A DNA stretch of 64,000 bases from Proteromonas lacertae (Eukaryota), in contig NGBS01000004.1 in NCBI GenBank assembly GCA_002245135.1, positions 124,001-188,000 on the forward strand, read 5' to 3'. This document shows positions 12,401 to 24,362 of the stretch, in pieces; positions within the stretch are counted from its first letter, which is position 1; every line of letters begins with the position of its first letter. The translations under genes were made by a program, and so were the position numbers. The notes beneath the pieces are model-generated. The model searched no databases and was not told the DNA's origin. It worked only from the letters and a program-made list of their open reading frames with translations.

Positions 12401-15400
12401 ATATCGAATGTTAGAAATAGCAAATGATGCAAATAAATTGAAAATGCGAATAATTATTAGTCCAGCTCCATTAATCTCCACAATTTCCAGTGATAATGGT
12501 TTAGTGATATACAAAGTTCCTCATGATTATAAGTTCGAATTGAATAATGTGATAGGTGGAACGATAGAATTTTCAAGTAAAGGTAATGATGATACTAAAG
12601 ATAACATAGTGAATGAGAAAAGTAGTAATTTCTGGGGATATGATAGTGGTAAGAGAATTAGTTATATGAGTTATGATGATAAAAGTGTGAGTGATATATG
12701 TGTTGATGCATATGAAAATGTTGATGGTTTAATAAAAGTTAAAGAAGCATGTGATGGTTTATATCCATTAGATTTTGATTATAAAATGAATGAAAATGAT
12801 AAACCTGATATATCAGAAATAAAGAAAGATTTTACAAATTATAAAGATTTAATAGTAAATGATTTATCAAGTAAGAAGATTATTTTAAAAGGATTTGGTG
12901 AAATATTTGAATCAATAACAAGTAAATCAAGTAAAGATAATATAAAGATAGAATGTCATCATCCTACAAAGAATGTAGAGAATTTGTTATATGAATATCC
13001 AGGAAAGATCGAATCTGTTGCAGATAGTGTAAGTAATCAAAAAGATTTAGTAATCACATTTACAAGTGATATTACAAGTCATTTATCAGTGGATGATTTA
13101 TGTTATTTGATGTTAGATAAATCTGGTGAAGTAATCAATTTAGGTGTTCCTGTTGTATCTGATAGTTGTGGTAGTTCTGAATTATGTGTAACAACAAGTA
13201 TTTGTGATAAATGTGAAAATTTCAAATATATAATAGATCGAAAACAATGGTTTTATGAAACAGCGACAATGTTATGTGAAGTTGATGATAGTGAAGCTGA
13301 TGCAAGTGATACTACAAAGAAGATTTATAAGATCTCACTTGAAGCCTCATTAAGTCGATTAATAATAAATCATTATATCTCCACAAGTAAAAGTGGAGTA
13401 TCAAAAGGTGAATTAGAAATACCAAAAGGATGTAGTGATGGTAATAAAGATACAGGATTATTTGGAATATTGCGAAAGAGTGGTTCAATAAAAATCGAAA
13501 TATTTGGTTATGGTAGTGATGATTTTAATGATAAAGATGAACATATGATATGGTCTGTAATAGAAAAAGATGGAAGAAAATATGTGACATTACGAGAAGA
13601 GTACAATTTCAATCCAATAAAATATCGAATGTTAGAAATAGCAAATGATGCAAATAAATTGAAAATGCGAATAATCATTAGTCCAGCTCCATTAATCTCC
13701 ACAATTTCCAGTGATAATGGTTTAGTGATATACAAAGTTCCTCATGATTATAAGTTCGAATTGAATAATGTGATAGGTGGAACGATAGAATTTTCAGTAG
13801 TAAAGGTAATGATGATACTAAAGATAACATAGTGAATGAGAAAAGTAGTAATTTCTGGGGATATGATAGTGGTAAGAGAATTAGTTATATGAGTTATGAT
13901 GATAAAAGTGTGAGTGATATATGTGTTGATGCATATGAAAATGTTGATGGTTTAATAAAAGTTAAAGAAGCATGTGATGGTTTATATCCATTAGATTTTG
14001 ATTATAAAATGAATGAAAATGATAAACCTGATATATCAGAAATAAAGAAAGATTTTACAAATTATAAAGATTTAATAGTAAATGATTTATCAAGTAAGAA
14101 GATTATTTTAAAAGGATTTGGTGAAATATTTGAATCAATAACAAGTAAATCAAGTAAAGATAATATAAAGATAGAATGTCATCATCCTACAAAGAATGTA
14201 GAGAATTTGTTATATGAATATCCAGGAAAGATCGAATCTGTTGCAGATAGTGTAAGTAATCAAAAAGATTTAGTAATCACATTTACAAGTGATATTACAA
14301 GTCATTTATCAGTGGATGATTTATGTTATTTGATGTTAGATAAATCTGGTGAAGTAATCAATTTAGGTGTTCCTGTTGTATCTGATAGTTGTGGTAGTTC
14401 TGAATTATGTGTAACAACAAGTATTTGTGATAAATGTGAAAATTTCAAATATATAATAGATCGAAAACAATGGTTTTATGAAACAGCGACAATGTTATGT
14501 GAAGTTGATGATAGTGAAGCTGATGCAAGTGATACTACAAAGAAGATTTATAAGATCTCACTTGAAGCCTCATTAAGTCGATTAATAATAAATCATTATA
14601 TCTCCACAAGTAAAAGTGGAGTATCAAAAGGTGAATTAGAAATACCAAAAGGATGTAGTGATGGTAATAAAGATACAGGATTATTTGGAATATTGCGAAA
14701 GAGTGGTTCAATAAAAATCGAAATATTTGGTTATGGTAGTGATGATTTTAATGATAAAGATGAACATATGATATGGTCTGTAATAGAAAAAGATGGAAGA
14801 AAATATGTGACATTACGAGAAGAGTACAATTTCAATCCAATAAAATATCGAATGTTAGAAATAGCAAATGATGCAAATAAATTGAAAATGCGAATAATCA
14901 TTAGTCCAGCTCCATTAATCTCCACAATTTCCAGTGATAATGGTTTAGTGATATACAAAGTTCCTCATGATTATAAGTTCGAATTGAATAATGTGATAGG
15001 TGGAACGTATAATATTTCAGTAGTAAAGGTAATGATGATACTAAAGATAACATAGTGAATGAGAAAAGTAGTAATTTCTGGGGATATGATAGTGGTAAGA
15101 GAATTAGTTATATGAGTTATGATGATAAAAGTGTGAGTGATATATGTGTTGATGCATATGAAAATGTTGATGGTTTAATAAAAGTTAAAGAAGCATGTGA
15201 TGGTTTATATCCATTAGATTTTGATTATAAAATGAATGAAAATGATAAACCTGATATATCAGAAATAAAGAAAGATTTTACAAATTATAAAGATTTAATA
15301 GTAAATGATTTATCAAGTAAGAAGATTATTTTAAAAGGATTTGGTGAAATATTTGAATCAATAACAAGTAAATCAAGTAAAGATAATATAAAGATAGAAT

Positions 15401-18400
15401 GTCATCATCCTACAAAGAATGTAGAGAATTTGTTATATGAATATCCAGGAAAGATCGAATCTGTTGCAGATAGTGTAAGTAATCAAAAAGATTTAGTAAT
15501 CACATTTACAAGTGATATTACAAGTCATTTATCAGTGGATGATTTATGTTATTTGATGTTAGATAAATCTGGTGAAGTAATCAATTTAGGTGTTCCTGTT
15601 GTATCTGATAGTTGTGGTAGTTCTGAATTATGTGTAACAACAAGTATTTGTGATAAATGTGAAAATTTCAAATATATAATAGATCGAAAACAATGGTTTT
15701 ATGAAACAGCGACAATGTTATGTGAAGTTGATGATAGTGAAGCTGATGCAAGTGATACTACAAAGAAGATTTATAAGATCTCACTTGAAGCCTCATTAAG
15801 TCGATTAATAATAAATCATTATATCTCCACAAGTAAAAGTGGAGTATCAAAAGGTGAATTAGAAATACCAAAAGGATGTAGTGATGGTAATAAAGATACA
15901 GGATTATTTGGAATATTGCGAAAGAGTGGTTCAATAAAAATCGAAATATTTGGTTATGGTAGTGATGATTTTAATGATAAAGATGAACATATGATATGGT
16001 CTGTAATAGAAAAAGATGGAAGAAAATATGTGACATTACGAGAAGAGTACAATTTCAATCCAATAAAATATCGAATGTTAGAAATAGCAAATGATGCAAA
16101 TAAATTGAAAATGCGAATAATCATTAGTCCAGCTCCATTAATCTCCACAATTTCCAGTGATAATGGTTTAGTGATATACAAAGTTCCTCATGATTATAAG
16201 TTCGAATTGAATAATGTGATAGGTGGCAGTATAATATTCAGTAGTAAAGGTAATGATGATACTAAAGATAACATAGTGAATGAGAAAAGTAGTAATTTCT
16301 GGGGATATGATAGTGGTAAGAGAATTAGTTATATGAGTTATGATGATAAAAGTGTGAGTGATATATGTGTTGATGCATATGAAAATGTTGATGGTTTAAT
16401 AAAAGTTAAAGAAGCATGTGATGGTTTATATCCATTAGATTTTGATTATAAAATGAATGAAAATGATAAACCTGATATATCAGAAATAAAGAAAGATTTT
16501 ACAAATTATAAAGATTTAATAGTAAATGATTTATCAAGTAAGAAGATTATTTTAAAAGGATTTGGTGAAATATTTGAATCAATAACAAGTAAATCAAGTA
16601 AAGATAATATAAAGATAGAATGTCATCATCCTACAAAGAATGTAGAGAATTTGTTATATGAATATCCAGGAAAGATCGAATCTGTTGCAGATAGTGTAAG
16701 TAATCAAAAAGATTTAGTAATCACATTTACAAGTGATATTACAAGTCATTTATCAGTGGATGATTTATGTTATTTGATGTTAGATAAATCTGGTGAAGTA
16801 ATCAATTTAGGTGTTCCTGTTGTATCTGATAGTTGTGGTAGTTCTGAATTATGTGTAACAACAAGTATTTGTGATAAATGTGAAAATTTCAAATATATAA
16901 TAGATCGAAAACAATGGTTTTATGAAACAGCGACAATGTTATGTGAAGTTGATGATAGTGAAGCTGATGCAAGTGATACTACAAAGAAGATTTATAAGAT
17001 CTCACTTGAAGCCTCATTAAGTCGATTAATAATAAATCATTATATCTCCACAAGTAAAAGTGGAGTATCAAAAGGTGAATTAGAAATACCAAAAGGATGT
17101 AGTGATGGTAATAAAGATACAGGATTATTTGGAATATTGCGAAAGAGTGGTTCAATAAAAATCGAAATATTTGGTTATGGTAGTGATGATTTTAATGATA
17201 AAGATGAACATATGATATGGTCTGTAATAGAAAAAGATGGAAGAAAATATGTGACATTACGAGAAGAGTACAATTTCAATCCAATAAAATATCGAATGTT
17301 AGAAATAGCAAATGATGCAAATAAATTGAAAATGCGAATAATCATTAGTCCAGCTCCATTAATCTCCACAATTTCCAGTGATAATGGTTTAGTGATATAC
17401 AAAGTTCCTCATGATTATAAGTTCGAATTGAATAATGTGATAGGTGGCAGTATAATATTCAGTAGTAAAGGTAATGATGATACTAAAGATAACATAGTGA
17501 ATGAGAAAAGTAGTAATTTCTGGGGATATGATAGTGGTAAGAGAATTAGTTATATGAGTTATGATGATAAAAGTGTGAGTGATATATGTGTTGATGCATA
17601 TGAAAATGTTGATGGTTTAATAAAAGTTAAAGAAGCATGTGATGGTTTATATCCATTAGATTTTGATTATAAAATGAATGAAAATGATAAACCTGATATA
17701 TCAGAAATAAAGAAAGATTTTACAAATTATAAAGATTTAATAGTAAATGATTTATCAAGTAAGAAGATTATTTTAAAAGGATTTGGTGAAATTGTTAGAG
17801 CAAATGGATGGAAATATGATTCAACTGTTACTTTAAGTATTGAATGTTACCATAATGATACAGACAATTATTTTAGTAACATTACTGAATATGATGCTGA
17901 AGTTACTGCATCTAAAGAAGGTTTTGTAATTACTATTACAGATACAGTTCCAGTATCATTAAAGAAAAATGATATTTGTCATTTAATGGCTGATAGAGAA
18001 GGTAATTCATATTCATTACAAAAAGTCAATCCTGTTGTTGTAGTCGATAAAGATAAAGAAAAATATGAATGTGATATATGTAAAGAATTATTTTATGATT
18101 CTATAAGAGTTAAGTTCTATGTTAAAGAGATATACTTTAACAGAGTAGAAGGAATAACAGTGGATGATAAAAATAGATATGAAAATTATACATCTGTTTT
18201 AGGAATAAGTATTATAGAGAATGTGATTGATGATTATGTTGAAAATGCTCAATATCCATTACTAAAACCAACAAATGGTGGATTTCAGACTTATAATGGT
18301 TATGTATTAAAGAATAATATATTAGTTGTCAATTTAAGTATACCCTTAGAAGCAGATAATACAATTGATATTCCAGTTTATTATGAAGTGGCAAAGATTA

Positions 18401-20953
18401 ATGATGTTATAACACCTACTAATTATGAAAACTTTACATTAGATATTTATCCTCCTTTAGTTCAATTAAAATCAAAATATGAAGAGAATAAAGGGAATGA
18501 TTATTTAAAATTAACTCATACTGTGCTTGAAAATTCAGTATGTGATAAAAACACATTAATATGCAGACATATATTATTGGATTTGAATTTACCAAAAGAA
18601 GGTGGATATGTAAGAGTATTAAATGATAAAAATGATGTTGTTGTTGTAGGTAATGTTCTTTCGTACAGATCTAATTATCCTCAAGTTGCTATTATAAAAT
18701 ATGACAAAGATATTTGGTTTGATGAGAGATTTGATTGTTTTAGTTATACATATCAAGTAATTTCACAAAGAAATGATCTATCAATGTATGAATCATCAAT
18801 AGTTGAGAATAATAAAATAGTGTGGAAGGATACTGGTTCTGCAATAGATTTGATGGGATTAAATGGAAAAGAAGTGAAAATAATTTGCGTTTCAACATCT
18901 TCTAATAAAACTACTACACATAAAGTAACAATCTCAACTATTGGGAATGACACAGAATTTAGTTTTAATGGAGATAATAATAAGCCTGAAAATAAGGCAA
19001 CTTGCAATGTATTAGCAAATAGTGAAAAAGATATAGAAGTAGAAAGAACAATCAGAATCTGCTCCATTATTCACTGTAGACGAAAATGGAGAGAATGTAT
19101 TTAAAGAAGTAAAAAAGGATGATTTAGAATATGATGTATTAATCAAACAATTGAATAACATTGACACTAATAGTGATAATGAAAAAGAAAGTGTTGCAGT
19201 TCCAGTTATAACAGGTGGTGAAACATATTACAACAAAATAGTTCAATATTATAATGAAATTGATAATGAAGAATCAGAAGGAAAAGAAGATGAAGTTATT
19301 ACAAAGAATTTTGCTATTCCAATTGTAACTGAAAGGAAAGATGTTATAATGAATGATGCTGTAGAAGATAGTGTATTAACAGTTGAAATTATAGAAGGTA
19401 GAAAAAGCTTGTTTAAGAGTGTTGTGGTGATAACTGAAGTTGTTGGAAATGAAGGTGGATTTATACTTGTCAAAACTAACCCAGAAATTGATTATCTAGA
19501 AATAACAAGAAATAGAAATTTAAAAGGTGGTGAAGAAAGTAAAAGAATAATTATCACTATTACTCCATCAGTTCCAAAACCAGAGGGAAAAGATAAAAAT
19601 ACAGATATTGAGTCTGGTGAAGGATTGTTTAATGTAATTGGAGGTAAAATGTATTGTACTAGTTTAAATTCAAGTAATAAAGGAATTGTTAATGTTATAT
19701 ATTATAAGGGAGAAGAAGTTATTTCTCTATATGATTTTGATACAAATGAAAAAGACAAACAAGAGAAGTTGGAATGTAGTGTGATTAGTAAGAGAAATGA
19801 TTTATCACTTTATAGTGAATCAGTTGTTGAAAAAGATAATAAAATTACTTGGAAGTATTATGCTGAAGCTGTGAAATTGTTAATTGAGACTAAAAATATA
19901 TTGAATAATGAAAGATTTCCTTTTATTTGTTATAATCCTAAAGGTAATTACAAATTAAACCAATATTATAGTGTAGTAGAGGATATAAAATCAGCAAATG
20001 ATATAACATTTAAGATTCGAGATGTAAGTGATGATATGACTGGATTTGTGTGTTATTGTAATGCAAAGATAGATGGTGACAATATTAAAGAAATAACTGA
20101 TTGGGGTATAATGGATGCTTCCAAATACTTTGAAGAGAAAGATGATGAATGGTATTTTAAAATAGTAACTGAAGCAGGATCAGAAGGATTTGTAACAGAA
20201 AATGGACCAGAAATATTATTAGGAAGTGAATCAACAGATAACTTTATTAGCAGATATGAAACTAGTAAAGAATTATTAATACAACTATCTAATGATCAAG
20301 CAGGTGCATTATTTAAGTTATATGCTGTTCCAGGATCTTATATACAAATTGAAATATCTGGTGAAGAGTTGAAATTAAGTCAAATTGCAAGTAGTATCTA
20401 TGATAAAGAAAGCAACACTATAACAATTAGAACAATGCTTGATTTAAAATTAAATTTCCCAAAAGGAAGAATGAGAAGAAATCTTGACAATAGTAATTCA
20501 ATAATAAGAATCACAATAAGAAATGATATGGAAAATACTCATTCACCTGTTGAATGTAGTGGACAAGGTATATGTGACAGAGAGACAGGAAAATGTAATT
20601 GTTTTGATGGATTTAGTGGATATACATGTCAAAGAGCTTTTTGTATGAATAATTGTAATGGTAATGGAAGATGTGTTCCATTGAAGGAGTTATTATCAAA
20701 TGATGATTTAATAAAATATGAAGGATTTGGTAATGATGAGAATGTGTATGGTTGTAAGTGTGATAAAGGAAGAAGAGGACCAGATTGTAGTTTGATTGAA
20801 TGTCCATCAGGTATTGATCCATTGAAAGCAGAAGGAGATGAAGAAAAGAGAGATTGTAGTGGAAGAGGTGTATGTGATTATACCACAGGAATTTGTGATT
20901 GTTTTGATGGATTTACTGGTGAAGGATGTCAAATTAGAAGAGAGTTTAGTTAA
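9500..20953 (+). CDS. Giant secreted EGF-repeat protein of the stramenopile mastigoneme (Sig1/Ocm1/Mas) type with a ~3,600-aa insertion; three apparent frameshifts
   Basis: Signal peptide, then CPNNCSGHGRCG...DCSVLMCPLG (intron 9693-9720). C-terminus reads HSPVECSGQGICDRETGKCNCFDGFSG...GCKCDKGRRGPDCSLIECPSGIDPL...DCSGRGVCDYTTGICDCFDGFTG. Frames break near 13797, 15010 and 19044. Confidence 0.75.
10380..17791 (+). repeat. Coding tandem repeat, 1,221-bp (407-aa) unit, six full copies plus a ~80-bp partial copy
   Basis: AAGAAAGATTTTACAAATTAT recurs at 10380, 11601, 12822, 14045, 15268, 16489 and 17710. Copies are almost identical, and copies 3 and 4 are 1,223 bp. Confidence 0.98.
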
Positions 20954-21062
20954 ATATATATTATTTATATATTATTTTTATTTTGTTTTTGTTGATGTAA
21001 AATGAATGTAAATTACATGTAATAAGTAAATTTGACACTTTTTTTTGTTTTGATTTTTTCTC

Positions 21063-22339
21063 ATGTCATCGTCGTCTTTCGCAGAATTAAACTCTTCAGA
21101 GAAAATAAGAGAAAAATTTGAAAATTATTTAAAAGACCCATGTATGTGTATCTTTCTATTTTCTAGATAACAATATAAACTATATTCGTCAACTTGTTCT
21201 ACTGAAAGGTATACCACCTGAAACACCAGAAGAAATAGAACATTTAATAAACGATGCTCAGTGTACTTTAAGAGGCAAAATCTGGAAGTTGTTTCTAGGA
21301 GTGCAGCTATTAGATGCCAATGAATATATTGAGTTAGTATCGCGAGGACCATCATGGGCAGATTATAAATTAAGACAAGTATTTTTTTATAGAGGTGATT
21401 TTTTAATTTATAGGATACATTTCGTACTTTTCCAACAAATGCTGAATATATTCGTAGAGCACCTGAAAACACATTGATTCGTCTATTGAATGCATTTATT
21501 CACAAATACGGAACACCTGAAAAAGAGAGAAACAAATCAAACAAAAAATATGATTTTACTTATGTTCAAGGAATGAATGTCATAGCTGGTCCATTTCTAT
21601 ATGTTATGCCTGAATTAGATAGTTTTGCCTGTTTCTGTAAGCTGATAACCTATCATTGTCCAAGATATGTGTCACCTAACTTAATTGGGGTGCATGACGC
21701 ATGTAATCTATTAGATGAATGTCTAAAAGTTGTATATCATACATATATATCATTATTATTCTAATTGGAAATAGATTGATGTTGATTTATATAATTTCCT
21801 ATCTTCCAAAGGGATGTTTTCAAAAATATATGCGTTTTCTATGTTGTGTAGTTTATCTGCATCTGTTCCACCATTAGAAGAGTTAGTTCAACTATGGGAT
21901 ATCATATTTGCCTTTGGAATTCATATGAATATATTATTTTGTTTAAGTAATGTTTTGGCCAACAAAGAGGAGATAATGAATGCATCTAATAAAGGTAATA
22001 CTAATCTGTTATTAAGACAAGAGACACTAGATTCTGAATTTTTGATATCATCTGCAATGCAGTTGATTAAATCAATTCCAAATGATTTGTATGATAAATT
22101 GACAAGACATCCCTATTGTTCAACTAAAAGTGTTTTAGTATATTTATTTAAATTTGTATTAATGTATATTATTTTCATAGTATCGTCGTTCTATTAATAA
22201 TAATAATAAGATTATGTCAAAGAAGAGAACAATGAGTAATACAAAGAGACAATCTACAAGGGAATTTAATTCAAAATCATCAACACTTAGGCCAGCTTCA
22301 TTACCTAAGAGGCATTACTCATATGATCCTTCTACGTAA
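21063..22339 (+). CDS. BUB2: TBC-domain GAP of the Bub2/Cdc16 type
   Basis: LRGKIWKLFLGV, QDTFRTF, LIRLLNAF, YVQGMNVIAGPFLYVMPELDSF and PPLEELVQLWD. Four short introns. Confidence 0.85.
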
Positions 22340-22454
22340 TAGAATTATTTAATAATTACATGTGTAAAACAATATTATTATATATAACATAGAATAAAAT
22401 ATATATAAACTATAAATTATGCCTTTTTTTTTCTCTATTTAACTATTTGTGATT

Positions 22455-23347
22455 TTAAGATGTTATTTCTATAGGAATCCCCATTGGACTACCTTTTTCT
22501 TTCAATATTGGTTGATTATCAATATCTTCTTCTCCTTCATTATTATTACTACTATCTTCAATTTGCGCTTCATTTGATGGTGGTTGGGGTGTTGGATTAG
22601 TTGGTTCTAATGCTTTTGGTAATTCTGTAACAATTGGTTTTGGCATTTCAACATAATCAAAATCATCAGTAATTCCAAGTAATTTATCAGTGTCTTTTGG
22701 TATTGTATATAGTTTTTTCACCATATATGATTTACAATTATAAGCATTATCTGTCCATCTGTTAATTGCTTCTACACAAGTAACTATTGCAGTTTCCATC
22801 TCTTTTATTACTACTGGATCATTCTTTCTGTATGTTTTAAGTCTTTCATCTATCTCTTTTTCCTGTTTAGTCATACTATCAAAATCATTTAATAATTTTT
22901 GTCTCTTTTCTGTTGGTTCTCTGTCTGTCAATAAATCCGCTTTTCTTTTCAATAATCCGGCTTGTGTATCTTCATCAGCTTTGATTTTAGTCTTTAATTG
23001 ATCTATTTTTGTATTTCTCTATGTAATTAGACTGATAAATAGTATACAACAACTAAAGCTTTACTTGGAAAGGCCCAATATATATTAGAAGCTCCTATTT
23101 TATCTTGATCAACCAGATTATCATCGATTAACCCTTGTAATACATCTTTCACTGTTTGAGATACTATAATAAATATATTATAATATATAAATACTGACTC
23201 CAACTTTCGCTCCTAATTTTTCAAGTTCTTTCAGAGTATAAATTGATTTCTATTATAAAAGATAGAGTAGAGTAGTACATCATCATAAAATATCTTCATC
23301 AGCCTCTGACGTTTTTCAACAAGCGATACTCCCTTTCTTTTAGACAT
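22455..23347 (-). CDS. MND1: Meiotic nuclear division protein 1
   Basis: MSKKKGVSLVEKRQRLMKIF, YTLKELEK, SQTVKDVLQGLIDDNLVDQDKIGASNIYWAFPS and EAINRWTDN. Three short introns. Confidence 0.93.
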
Positions 23348-23452
23348 TGCTTATGATAAAATCGAAAGAATTAAGTTGCGCGGTAAATTACCTCAATTCA
23401 AATTGTTGGCTTGAGTTTGGCTCTTTTTTAAAAAGAAATTTTCTTTTTTGAA

Positions 23453-24221
23453 ATGGATAAATCGTATAATGCAATGTTTAAATAATTTATGGATAGAACA
23501 GTAACAGTTGTAGCAGCTACAGCATTATTTGCTGGATTACTTTATGCTAGTATTTATTTCATTTTTTTATTGCATTACAGGAGATAGAAAAATCAAAAAC
23601 AGACCAAATGTTATATTCGTGTTAGGTGGACCAGGCTCTGGTAAAGGAACTCAATGTGATATAATGGCAAGACGTTATGGATTTGTCCATTTATCAGCAG
23701 GAGATTGTCTTAGAGAAGAGCAGAAGACTGGTTCAAAAGATGCAAAATTAATTCTCGATCATATTAATGCTGGAACTATTGTACCTGTTGAGATTACAAT
23801 TCGTTTATTGATGAAAAAGATCCACGTATATACTGTTCTGATTATATTTATTGAATAGAGTTATGTAGCAAAAGGATGTAAAGACTTTTTAGTTGATGGC
23901 TTTCCAAGAAACGAGAATAATTTAGAAGGATGGAATCGTATTGTAGGTAGTAAGGTGAATATCCCATTCATGTTATATTTAGAGTGTGATGAAGACATTA
24001 TGACACAGAGAATCTTAGAAAGAAGTAAAACAAGTGGTAGAACTGATGATAATGAAGAAACTATTAGAAAGAGATTTAAGACTTATGTTAATGAAACAAA
24101 ACCAATCATTGACAAGTTTGCTGAAATGAACAAATTAAGAACCGTTAATGCAGTTCGTGATATATATGAAGTAGCAAGTGAAATAGATTCAATTGTTTTG
24201 GGATGGTTAGCTTCTCGATAA
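23453..24221 (+). CDS. UMP-CMP kinase (adenylate kinase family) with short N-terminal hydrophobic segment
   Basis: [36 protein letters not shown] and SGRTDDN. The start is either ATG 23453 (with an intron) or ATG 23489. Confidence 0.9.
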
Positions 24222-24263
24222 ACAAAACAATTTGTAAATCAACATTTATTTTTTAAATCTCTT

Positions 24264-24271
24264 TGTTTGTT
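24264..24271 (+). promoter_or_regulatory. TGTTTGTT putative 3'-end processing element downstream of the UMP-CMP kinase
   Basis: Exact TGTTTGTT about 43 nt after the stop. Similar motifs follow other stop codons in the window. Confidence 0.4.
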
Positions 24272-24362
24272 TTGTTTTATATATCAAAAAACAAAAACAA
24301 TATTATTAATCATAAATAAAAGAAGAAAAGTATTTTACATTTCTAAATATATAACACAAAAT

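Noticed and set aside
13785..15030. Frameshifts in repeat copies 3 and 4 as programmed or biological events
   Set aside because: Both fall exactly in the only patch where two repeat variants differ and are chimeras of them, which is the signature of consensus or polishing error.
11066..17402. Six repeated 75-aa minus-strand ORFs
   Set aside because: They are antisense shadows of the coding repeat.
10380..17791. CRISPR array, satellite or transposon
   Set aside because: The unit length is a multiple of three and fully coding, with no spacers, terminal repeats or transposase/RT motifs.
19040..19150. Stop at 19104 and separate ORF 19151-20953 as a distinct gene
   Set aside because: Deleting one A from GAAAG (19043-19045) fuses the frames (VEEQSESAPLFTVDENG...). 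There is no intron, signal peptide or intergenic gap, so a homopolymer error is likely.
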